Made by a program: the position numbers and the translations under genes. A stretch of DNA of 63,188 nt, filler included, from Reclinomonas americana ATCC 50394 (taxonomy: Eukaryota), in the NCBI GenBank assembly GCA_048213135.1. It is 4 parts of 4 records of this genome, joined end to end, with 100 filler letters (N's around TTAATTAATTAA, not from the genome) between each part and the next. Parts side by side here need not be neighbours in the genome. Positions count along the whole stretch, not along the records: positions 39,149 to 61,113 come from AFZH01018009.1; positions 61,214 to 63,188 come from AFZH01018015.1; 2 more parts are not named here. The stretch is one strand, 5' to 3'. Each line of letters opens with the position of its first letter. Position 1 is the first letter of the stretch. The notes under the pieces were generated by a model that worked only from the letters and a program-made list of their open reading frames with translations, did not search any database and was not told the DNA's origin. Below, in pieces: positions 53,108 to 63,188 of the stretch.

Positions 53108-53550
53108 TCCGCTCTCTTGTTCTCACACTTGAGGGGGTGAACAGGACTCGTCGACGTCGCTCGTGAAAGAACTGTGCCTTTCGCTTTCCGTTCTCATGTG
53201 AGCCTTGTCACCTCAACAGGTGCAGAACCGCCTTTAGGAAACCTTGACTTCCAGCTTCTCCGCTGACTTGTGTCATACACCCTTCCCCTTTCGTCAACCC
53301 TTGCGGTTGCACTCCTCGAAATCATTCCCAGGGAAACGATGACCAAACCGTCAAAACACTATCGTGTATGTGCCGCCTGTACTCTTTGTGTCGTAGACAG
53401 AGAATGCCACCACCACCACCAACATCGTTAACAGCTTCACCAACAACAAAATTAATTACGACAACAAAACAACAACATGATACTTATCGACTCCTCTCGC
53501 CCCACTCTTCCCACCGCACCAGGCCTCATTTTTTTCGCCTCCATCCTCTA

Positions 53551-54680
53551 TCACCACCACAGCCAACCTCCCACAAAAACCGCCACCACCGTCACCAACA
53601 ACACCGCCCACGCCGCACCGGAAAACTTCGCATGCTCCGGCCGCCAGTCTGTCCACACCCGCACAGTGCCGTCCAAGCCCCCACTCACAATACGCTCGCC
53701 ATTGCCATCGACGGCAACAACCAGCACCCATTCCGTGTGCCCCGCCAACCGTTGCACCTCGTCTCCACTCACCAGCGACCACACTCGCACAGTGCGGTCC
53801 ATGCTCCCGCTCACCACAAACTGACCATCGTGGGTGACGACAACGGAGGACACCCAATGCGCGTGCCCCTCCAGCCGTCGCACCTCACCACTGGCGAGAG
53901 ACCACACACGCACTGTGGTGTCGTCACTGCCACTCACAACAAAGTGACCGTCGGGAGTCACCGCGACGGCCGACACTGTGTCCGTGTGACCCTCCAACCG
54001 ACGCACTTCCTCACCGCTCTCCACGGACCACACGCGCACGGTCTTGTCACCGCCCCCACTCACTATGTGCTGACCGTCGCGAGTGACGGCGACAGACCAC
54101 ACCTTGCCAGTGTGACCCTCCAACCGCCGCACCTCCTGGCCACTGGCGAGAGACCACACCCGCACTGTTGCATCATAGCTGCCACTCACAACGTGCTGCC
54201 CGTCGGGAGTGACAGCGATTGAATTCACAGTGGTAGTGTGTCCCTCAAACCGCCGCACCTCTTCGCCGCTCACCAGCGACCACACGCGCACAGTCCCATC
54301 AACACTTGCGCTCACCACGTGCCGGCTGTCGGGAGTGATGGCGATCGAACGCACCTCTCCAGTGTGTCCTTGCAGCCGGCGTACTTCTGCTCCACTCGCC
54401 GCCGACCACACTCGCACGGTGGTGTCGAGACCGCCGCTGACGACGAACTGATGGTCGGGAGTGATGGAGACGGATGTGACCAAGGAGGCGTGTTTCCCCA
54501 CTATCCTGTGCGCGTAGGGTAAGGAGGTGTGAGAGGCACATGCAAACGAAGGGAATGTGCTGTGATCTCTTCACACCTCGAGTTCGATAATGATTCCGCC
54601 TGCGTGTCGCACACGGCGAGGCATGTGCACACGGCGATCATCATGCAGGCCACCACCAGAATGCGAGTCCGCAGGAGCAT
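53551..54680 (-). CDS. Signal peptide + 7 WD40 repeats + terminal hydrophobic helix (paralog B)
   Basis: Exon 1 54680-54577 (104 nt, MLLRTRILVVACMMIAVCTCLAVCDT), exon 2 from 54505; ends AAWAVLLVTVVAVFVGGWLWW-stop. Confidence 0.88.
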
Positions 54681-54853
54681 TTCTCTCTCTCTCTCTCTCT
54701 CTTGTGCTCTTGCAAAATGACTGGATGCATACGGACACGTGGTCGTCGTGGGACAAGTGGCTGCATTTTTTCCGACAGCCTTCCTGATCTCTTCGGCTTG
54801 TTGTCATGCACCAAGCGGCAAGACTGTGCGATCTTCACCCGAAACCCGCGATA

Positions 54854-55049
54854 CTGACACTACTTTGCGCCACGAAATCCTTTCGAGGCCAACACGCGTC
54901 TGATTGGCTTTGCCTCCTGAAAGGGAAGATGACTGTTGGCGAAGTGATTATGTGTTCTGGTATATTGTTGGTGTGCCAATGTCATTGTCGGCAAGGGATT
55001 TGCGGGCGTTTGTCGCATTATTGGAGTGTGGTGAATGATTTGTTGTTGT
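54854..55049 (+). repeat. Left arm of a ~195-bp inverted repeat (partner 60458-60652)
   Basis: ctgacactactttgcgccacgaaatcc...gcaagggatttg...gtggtgaatga is the reverse complement of 60458-60652 with scattered mismatches. Confidence 0.9.
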
Positions 55050-55366
55050 CTCTGTTGGTTACACCCCTATCTTTCCACAACCGAGACATCACGTCAGCAG
55101 CGCAACCTTCGTGCATTTGATCATCTCGGTGGATTGTGCTCACTGCGACAGAGAGAGCGAAAGCAAGTAACCCAGTTGTCGATACGTCGACGTCGCATCC
55201 GCGCCTGGTCACCAAGCGACGCTGCGATTCCTCTCGCCGACCACCATCGTTCAGGGCAGTGATTCCCAAGGCCTGGGCACTCCTACTTGACGAACACATT
55301 GAGAGACAACAAATACACGCGGCAACAGAGGTGCAACGCAACCTGCCATTATCTCCCAGTCAAAAA

Positions 55367-56919
55367 TTACACACGCAGCGCTCTCCTCGGCGCCTCCTGC
55401 TGACCGGCTGCGGCCTGTAACACTTGTCGCGGCGCGGCAATCGGCACGCACACTGCCTGCCCCGCAACCGGTCGCGGTACTGGAGAGCGTGCAAGTTGTG
55501 GTCTGGGGTCAGGCTGGAATAGAATCCAGCTAACAAACAAAAAAATCACGACAGTCAGCAACATGAATGCCACGGAGGCTGAGATCCACCAGTCTGCCAG
55601 CCACGCGGCATTGTCATCAATGCCCGCCATCGCCGACGGAGTGGCAGCAAAAATTTGCGTTGTCTTGGCAGACTCGCCCGTAGTGGGGCGTGGAGTCGAG
55701 TCATGACAAGTAAACGTGTCCTCCTCTGGTATCTGTCGCACCTCTTCTTCACTGGACAGTGGCCACACGCGCACAGTGTTGTCAGCGCCCCCACTTATTG
55801 CGTATTGACCCGTGGGGGAGATGGCGACAGACAGTACTGCGCCGGTATGGCCCTCCAGCCGTCTCACCTCCTTGCCAGTTGCCAGCGACCACACCCGCAA
55901 TACCGAGTCTTCACCCCCACTCACGATGTACTGGCCATCGGGAGCAACAGCGACGCAATACACTGCACGTGTATGTCCATCCAACTGTCGTACCTGCTCT
56001 CCAGTCGACAGCAACCACACTCGCACTATCCCGTCGGCGTCCCCAGCTACAATGTGCAGGCCATCGGGGGTACAAGCTAAACATGTCACTATCGAAGTGT
56101 GCCCCATCAACCGAATTTCTTTTGCACCCATCAGCGACCACACATGGACAGTGTTGTCTGTACCTCCAGTTATGACGTGCTGACCATCGGGAGTCACGGC
56201 GACTGAAAACACCAAGATTGGGACACTCTTCAGTCGTCGCCAGTCTCTGCCAGTAGCCAGCGACCATAGTCGAACAGTGCCATCATCATCACCGCCGATC
56301 ACGACGTGCTGACCGTCGGGAGTAATGGCGACAGACATCACCGTTCCATTCAACTGTCGCGAACTGACACCTTGCCGTCGCCGGTTCGAAAACTGCGGCG
56401 CCCCGTCTCTGGTCACCCGCGACCACACACGAATTGTCTTATCGCTGCCCCCGCTCACTATATGCTGACCATCGGGAGTGACGGCCACTGAAAGCACTTG
56501 GCATCGAGTATTGCGTCCCGTCGAATTCAGCCGTTGAAACTCTTCGCCGCTCTCGATGGACCACACTCGCACAGTCTCGTCATAACTCCCGCTCACAATG
56601 AACCGGCCGTCAGAAGAGATGGCGACGGATGTAACAAAGGAATCGTGCTCCCCCACCAACCTGTGCGGAATACACGCAGGTGTGAGAACGACAGTATGCT
56701 GAATCGATAGCTCTTTCGCTCTCCCTCTCTACCTCTATCTCCCTCTCGCCCCCTGTCAGTCCCCCTCTCATTCTCCTTGTCGCACGCACACACACACACA
56801 CGCACACGCACACACCTCGAGTTTTTGAATGTTGGCACGTGAGTGTCGCCCACGGTCAAGCACGCGCACGCAAAGATCAGTACACTCGTCACCACCAGAA
56901 CGCGAGTCGGCTGTTGCAT
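55367..56919 (-). CDS. Signal peptide + 7 WD40 repeats + stalk + TM (paralog C, more diverged)
   Basis: Exon 1 56919-56816 (104 nt, MQQPTRVLVVTSVLIFACACLTVGDT), exon 2 from 56660; TM WWISASVAFMLLTVVIFLFVSWILF; tail ends APRRALRV. Confidence 0.88.
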
Positions 56920-57236
56920 TGCCCTGCTGTACCGACGACGGAAGATCGATGTAATGATATCGATGATCGAAGATGAGACGGGACAACGGACTGACAACGA
57001 AGTGTTCCCTGAAGTCAAGGCATTCACCACCATCCCCACCAGCATGCCAGCAGCAACACAGGAACACTATTCTTGCAGCGCGCCACCGCGGTCCCTTTTG
57101 ACAAGGCAGCGTCTCTCGTGCTCAACCTCCACCCTCCTTTACCCAATAGACGTCGACGACAACTATCCCTGAAGCCAGATTACCCATCCATCAACCTCAT
57201 TGACCACCACATACCACCACCTTTTACTTCTCACCC

Positions 57237-58283
57237 TCACTCAAAATCCGACGGAAGAATGTAGAACGGCGGCGCAGTGTCGACACCTGCTCACACTGAC
57301 GCATCAGCACCTCACATTTACGCACAACACGGCAAACAAGAGACGCAACGAGGAGCAAACGACATGCGACCGCCATGACCAAACGTCGGGCCCTTGGTGG
57401 CATGCGCCGGTGGCGGGTCAAACTCAGACGGCAGCACCAACGTGGCCGGCCCCGGTCCCACATTCATCTTGCGCGGCGCGTCGTTCCACAGCACGCGCTC
57501 ACCAATCCCAAACGAGGCCGTGCCACGGAACTTGCGCATCTGCCGCTGGTGCCGGCCCGACGGCGCGGAGGGCAAGGCTGCGCAGATGGCACGAGTGAGC
57601 GACCCACGATCGAGAGTGCGCAAGCGGAACAGGGCCAGCGCGGAAGCAGCACAATGAGATGGGGAGAGCGAAGACAACAGCAAAACACCTCCCTCACTCA
57701 CTCTCTCTCCTGTGCCTCCTACTAATCTACACACAGGTCAACATGGACATTCGGTGCCTTGTATCTGAGTGCAGGAACAAAGACAGAAAGACACTGCCCT
57801 CCCTCACACACTCTCCTGTGCCTCCTGCTGCTTCTGCCCAGGCAAAGCGTGCGCGAGAGTGCAATGTCTTTTGAAAGCAGGTAGAAACACAGCCTCACAT
57901 CCCGACCTCCCTTACGCTCCCTCCCTTGCCTCCTTCAGCTTCTACACACAGTACAACATGGACATTCGGTGCCTCGCCTTGGGCAAGCAGGAACAAACAA
58001 CAGACTCACACTCTCTCCTGCTCCTTCCCAGGCAAAAACGTGTGCAAGAGTGTGTGCGAGAGGCAGACAGAGTGGGGCGAGGGGAGGGAGGGAGAGAAGA
58101 CGGAAATAATGGGACAGGTACGGGAAAAGGCCAGAGGCAAAGTGGAATGAGAATGGGGACACACAGTGGAAAGGGGGAGGACAAACAGTGTGTATACGAA
58201 AATAAGAGAGAGACGCACAATTCAACATCGGCCCGGTCTTGTCTTGGGAAAGGAAGAAAGACAACAGCACGACACCACCCTCA

Positions 58284-58336
<53 letters not shown>

Positions 58337-60004
58337 ATGCCTCCTTCTCCCTTCTACACACAGTTTAACACTGACATCCGCCCTTGACTTCTGAAAACAG
58401 GAACAAACTACAACAAGACATCACACTAACTCACACTCTCCTGCGCCTCCTTGTCTTCTGAAAACAGGAGCAAAGACAGAAAGACACATCCCCCGCTCAC
58501 ACTCTCTCCTGCGCCTCCAAACACTTCTACAGGCGAAGAGAGAAAAAGAGATAAGACACACAGTTCAACATGGACATCCGGCCTTGTCTTCTGAAAGCAG
58601 GAACAAACAACAGAAAGACACCTACCTCACTCACTCCCTCCCCGTGGCTTGTTTTTTTGGCATCAAGAAAACACAGCAAGATTCTTCCCTCACTCACTCT
58701 TTCCTGTGCCTTGTCTGCTCCCTCTCCCTTCTCCCCATTCTGGAGACGCAACGAGACTGTGAACTGGAGTGACTCGAGCGAGAGCGCGGCGACTGCGACG
58801 ACACAATCGACGCCGACGACGTCGATCGTGGTGTGTAGCCATTGTAGCGCGTCGACGACACCGCCAGAGCCGACACGCCGGCGGCATTTCTGTACAACAA
58901 GAGTGAGCGCCATAACCTTCCCCCATCCCTCTCCCCATCCACCCACTCAACTCCTCCACCGACCCCGTGCTCCTCCGCCGATCCTGCCGCCGCTGTACTC
59001 TTTGCAGCGCGCGCGACTCCTTCCGCACCGCTCCAAAGTAACTCGACGGCGTCACCTGCTGCTGCAGATCCCCGAGCGGACTCAACCCGTCGTCGTCGTC
59101 ATCAACGCCGCCGTCGACATAGAGATTATCGTGACTGGCATGATGCGCTTGCATGCGCACCTCCATCGCATAATAGTCCTCGGCATCATCCCGCGGCCCC
59201 GGTGGCGGCAACCCCGGCAGCGACGCCCGCCGTGGCAGCATTGGCGCCGAGCCCGCACTCGTATGCGAGCGCGACGACAAGAAGCCGGAGGCATAGGCCG
59301 CCCACTCCTCCGGTCCCGCCACATCGTCCGCGTCATCGTCGTGCTTCCTCCCACTAGCCAACATATCAATCGTCACCACTGGCACGCCGCCACTCGACGC
59401 CGACCGCGGCGTGGACATTGCCATACTGCGCGGAGTCGACGGCTTCACACTCACACTGCTGCTGACACTGCGCGGAGTCGACGGCTTGCTGTTGCCGCAC
59501 GACGAGGACGACGCCAGTGCGGCCGAGGACGCCACACGCGCACGCAGCGTCGCCGCTGTCTCGGGTTGAATCGACACGCGAGGCTCGCGCAGTGCACGCG
59601 GTGCCGCAAAGTCAGAGGGCGACTCGTACGAGGCCGCAGGACCCGGCGAGCTGGAGTTGACTGCGTGCACAAAGAAGAAGAGTGAGAGACTGCTGATGAT
59701 GAGAGAGGGAGATGGGAGGCACGCACTTGGCCAGAGCTCGCCACGCGCGCTCATGAGGTTAAAGGTGGGTGTGTGATCAGGCACAGCGGCGCGCGTGAGT
59801 TGCGCAGAGGGTGGTGGGGTGGTGGTCTCGGAGACCTTGGTGGTGGCCAGTGCGCGGTCACGCACGCCAGTGAAGCGCGCGCCCACGCCAAAGGAGGCGC
59901 TCTTGGGGCGGCCGCCGTAGTCTGTGATTTGTGTGTGTCAGAGAGAGAGGGAGTGCGAGGATAGTGAGAGGCGAGGCGTGGGTGACGCAACACTTGCTTG
60001 TCAT
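57237..60004 (-). CDS. Ser-rich protein with SHIPPO/ODF3-like PGP repeats (probable ciliary or microtubule protein)
   Basis: MTSKYYGGRPKSASFGVGARF, SPGPAASYESPSDF, SFGIGER...GPGPATLVLPSEF, FYILPSDFE-TGA (57237); frames join across GT-AG introns. Confidence 0.6.
57660..58700. repeat. Intronic degenerate tandem repeat
   Basis: ctacacacag-x-caacatggacat-x-cgg and ctgaaa(g/a)caggaacaaa...cactctctcctg(t/c)gcctcc modules recur 4-6 times. Confidence 0.7.
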
Positions 60005-60457
60005 GGTCTTCTCTGGAGCACGTTCACACACGCACACACAGGGAGAGAGGAGTGGGGGGAAGAGTGCGTGTCTTCGCGCGTGCGGGTGCGTGAGCGAGGA
60101 GATGATTTTTTTGTCTGCCGGGAGCCGCGCCGTGGGATTTGTTCGGTTTGCTGACCGACGTTCGATATTCGTCTAAACAGCACGCGGTAAAGGAGACAAC
60201 AGCTTTGGTGGATTCATTGGGAAACGGTAGAGACGAAGGTCCGGCGTGTATCGCTGTAAGAAACGGAGAGGTGGAAATGGGGAATTGGAACGTCGATATC
60301 GCGGCGGACAAATGCATGAAATGATCCATGAAATCGAACCGATACAACAGCGGACCAGCTGGCAGAGGGACAGGCCTGCACGTACAACAACAACAACAAC
60401 AACAACAACAACTTTACTAATCCAAACAGCGCTAGCAACAGCTGCATGATCAAACAT

Positions 60458-60652
60458 ACAACAAAACACTTCATTCACCACATTCCAATAATGCGATAAA
60501 CGCCCACAAATCCCTTGCCGACAATGACCTTGGCACACCAACAATATACAAACACATAATTACTTCTCCAACAGTCATCTTCCCTTTCAGGAGGCAAAGC
60601 CAATCAAACGCGTGTTGGCCTCAAAAGGATTTCGTGGCGCAAATGGTGTCAG
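60458..60652 (-). repeat. Right arm of the ~195-bp inverted repeat (partner 54854-55049)
   Basis: tcattcaccac...caaatcccttgccgacaatgac...ggatttcgtggcgcaaatggtgtcag. Confidence 0.9.
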
Positions 60653-61113
60653 CGGCCTACGTAGACGCTGAACTCGTTGAAGCTGGGTGCTGCAGTAGCG
60701 ACGCAAGGGTAAACATGTATGTGATATTGACGGCTGCAACAGTCTATGATAGAAACTCACTGATCCATACACAACAATGAGCATCTACCAGTGATCGGCA
60801 ACAAGTCTCGTGTGCTTTCCTTCTACAGTACAACTAAAACTGTTTTAAGTGTGTTGTCGATGTTGAGAATAAAGCCCTATTCAGGACACACGGCCTCCAG
60901 GCCAGGAAGAAGACTTCGTCAGCAGTGACCACCAGAAGCCATCGCGGTAACTACGAAGAAGACAAAAAGATATTGATCATATCAAGAAGAACAGTGGGGC
61001 AAGCATTGGGAAACTGTGTACTTCTCTCAAACCACGTGCACGCCACCATGACCAAGCTGCACTCGAAAATCCTCTTGAGCACTCGTTGCCTCGGTGGTGC
61101 ACCTGCGATTGGG

Positions 61114-61213
61114 NNNNNNNNNNNNNNNNNNNNNNNNNNNNNNNNNNNNNNNNNNNNTTAATTAATTAANNNNNNNNNNNNNNNNNNNNNNNNNNNNNNN
61201 NNNNNNNNNNNNN
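61114..61213. other. Artificial contig spacer N44-TTAATTAATTAA-N44
   Basis: Same linker as the other two gaps. Confidence 0.97.
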
Positions 61214-61577
61214 GAAGAGAAGAGGACAGCAGAGGAGAAGAGAAGAGGAACGAAGGGAAGTGGGAAGTGGCGAGAAGAGGCATGATGAGAATGAGAAGAG
61301 GAGAAGAGAGGGGAGACAAGAGCAGTGAGAAGAACAAACCAGAGGAGCACGGAGGGAGCGGAAGGCATGAACACCCAGGGGTGACAACGGCAATGCGTGG
61401 GAGGTCGCAAGTGCAGCGAGGAAGAGGAGGACGAGGGAGGAGACCCAGGAGCGTGGAAATAGAGCGAGAAAGCGAGAAGAGAGAATGGTGAGAGCATGCA
61501 TGGGGCGGAAACTGCACTGAGAGAGTGCGCAGAAAGCTTGTTGTCGACAGTCTCCTTTCGTGATTTCGCCCACACAC

Positions 61578-62427
61578 CTTCTTCACCACATCCTCGTCAC
61601 AGTACAGCGGAAAGATGCCCTCTGAAACGCAACAACGAAATGAGCACTCTGCGCACAAAGCCTGCTCTTTATCCTTCCCTCTCGCACCTTCATCGACATA
61701 ATCGACCGAAAGCTGCTCCACGCCACTGCACATCTTGGCGGCCTTCTCCAGCACCTCCGCACACCGCACATGCTGCGCACCACACGCCACCTGCTCCGCC
61801 GTCCTTCCCTGCTTATCCACCATGTGCACCAGCTCAGGGCACGCCGTCGCCAACGCCCGCACCACCTCGACATGCCCTTGCGAGGCCGCAATATGCAACG
61901 CCGTCCATCGACTGACCGTTTCCGTGGCGACCACAAGTCGCGGTGGACACCGCCGCGAGTCCGCCAGCAACCAGTTCACTACAGTCTCGTGTCCGCCACG
62001 CGCGGCGGCCATTAGTGCCGTCCATCCATCGCGAGCCACATGGTGCGCAAGCTGCATGGCGCTCTCCCGCGTGCCCTCCTCCCATAGCATCTCCAGCACT
62101 TCCAGGTGGCCTTTAAAGGCGGCCCAGTAAAAGGCCGAGTAGCCGGAGCTGCTGATCTCCTCGCAGGAGAGCAGAGGGTGGGCGATTGTCGACGAGGCAG
62201 AGGAGGAGGAGGTGGTTGTCAATGAGGAGCTTGATCGGCGCAGAGAGGAGGTGTCTGAGGAGGACGACTTGGCAAAGTCAAGCAGAGAGCGCAGGCGAGG
62301 CAGGTCGCCGTGCATGGCCAGTTCCCAGGCTCGTCGACTGCATTGACAGGGTGTGTGAGTGGGGGGGAGAGAGAGAGAGATGCAGTGAGTGAGTGCACGT
62401 GAGAATATCGAACCTGACTGTTGTCAT
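61578..62427 (-). CDS. Ankyrin-repeat protein with a Cys-rich segment; 3' end runs into the gap
   Basis: Short first exon MTTVS, then GYSAFYWAAFKGHLEVL, GWTALMAAARGGHETVV, WTALHIAASQGHVEVV, DKQGRTA, and CAECSFRCC. Confidence 0.85.
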
Positions 62428-63188
62428 GTTTTTGTGTGTGTGTCTGTGTCTGTGTGTGTGTTATCTTTGCTCTTCGCACGTTGCAAAAAGTCGCGGTGGT
62501 CTTCGCTGTGTGAGCATCGCGATGAACGGCAAATTTGAGGTGCTCGAGTTCGCGATACTTTTCTAGCGCGGGAAAACCGACGTGCAGCGCGGTGCAGCGC
62601 GGAGTGGTGGAGGGCGGCGAGTTGCATTTCAGGTGTGAGTACTTGTGGGGGATGTAGGGAATTGTGTGTGTGAGAGAGAGAGAGTCTTTGTAAGCCGCGG
62701 ATAGAAGAAGAATACGAAATTTGGTGTCCGGTTTGAATATTCGTTTTCGAACATCGATCTCCACCGCGCTGCAGCGGGCCCAGCAGGGTAATTATATCGG
62801 GGTGACGTGAATTATTTAAAGCAGTACAACTGCATGACGCAATGTGGTTGCATGCGCCAACGTGAGCGCCAACCGCAGAATGCACGAAAAGAACTCCAAG
62901 AAGTCATCGATGCATCGGTTTGCGGATCGAATTGCAGCAGATGGTTGTAGGCCCTGATGTGTGTGTTCTGACACCAACACCCCTTGCTCTTTCTGCATCC
63001 TTTTTGGAATTCGGCGTCATGTCCATGCTGGTCAAGAGCCGTGGTTTCTCTTGCAGAAACGCCAGCATAAGCCACCTCGTCGTTCGTCACGACCATTACA
63101 TCTGGTCGGCGCATTGCGGTGCCGTTGCCAGAATCAACAGGCGTCAGTGACAACTCCCGTGATCATGAGCAACACCATCATCAGCGAC

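Noticed and set aside
27964..61213. Three identical TTAATTAATTAA motifs embedded in N runs
   Set aside because: Exact 44N+12+44N six-frame-stop assembly linker, not biological. Adjacency across linkers is uncertain, though the fucosyltransferase spans one coherently.
62430..63188. Minus-strand ORF fragments (DVMVVTNDE, RILLLSA) faintly like helicase motifs
   Set aside because: Frames are broken, no coherent splice model or motif set could be built, and the region is cut by the window end.

Overview
A gene-dense window from an intron-rich eukaryotic genome, most likely a flagellated protist. Exons are GC-rich, most introns are 50-80 nt GT-AG with a CTCAC/CTGAC branch motif, the genetic code is standard and TGA stops dominate. 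Four pieces are joined by artificial 100-nt spacers (N44-TTAATTAATTAA-N44). About 21 spliced genes can be reconstructed: a divergent multifunctional 3-hydroxyacyl-CoA dehydrogenase, CFAP70, ABCD4, CFAP65, a SAXO4/PPP1R32-like gene, an orphan ORF, an acylated adenylate kinase, a rhomboid protease, the 3' ends of importin-beta and RPB11, a FAXC/metaxin-like GST, a PTEN-like phosphatase, a coiled-coil protein, a fucosyltransferase, an OTU deubiquitinase, CCDC22, three tandem WD40 paralogs, a SHIPPO/PGP-repeat protein and an ankyrin protein. The most interesting signals are: (1) three paralogs encoding signal peptide + HET-E-like 7-bladed WD40 propeller + transmembrane helix, with variable top-face residues, which look like a variable surface-receptor family, one of them inside a ~195-bp inverted-repeat pair; (2) an abundant class of 5' splice sites shifted by one nucleotide (GTTGCGT/GTTGAGT); (3) long introns built from tandem copies of their own exon/donor junction; (4) divergent start codons only 10 bp apart; (5) clustered ciliary genes. 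All gene names come from motifs recognised by eye, not database searches, and exon boundaries are manual.
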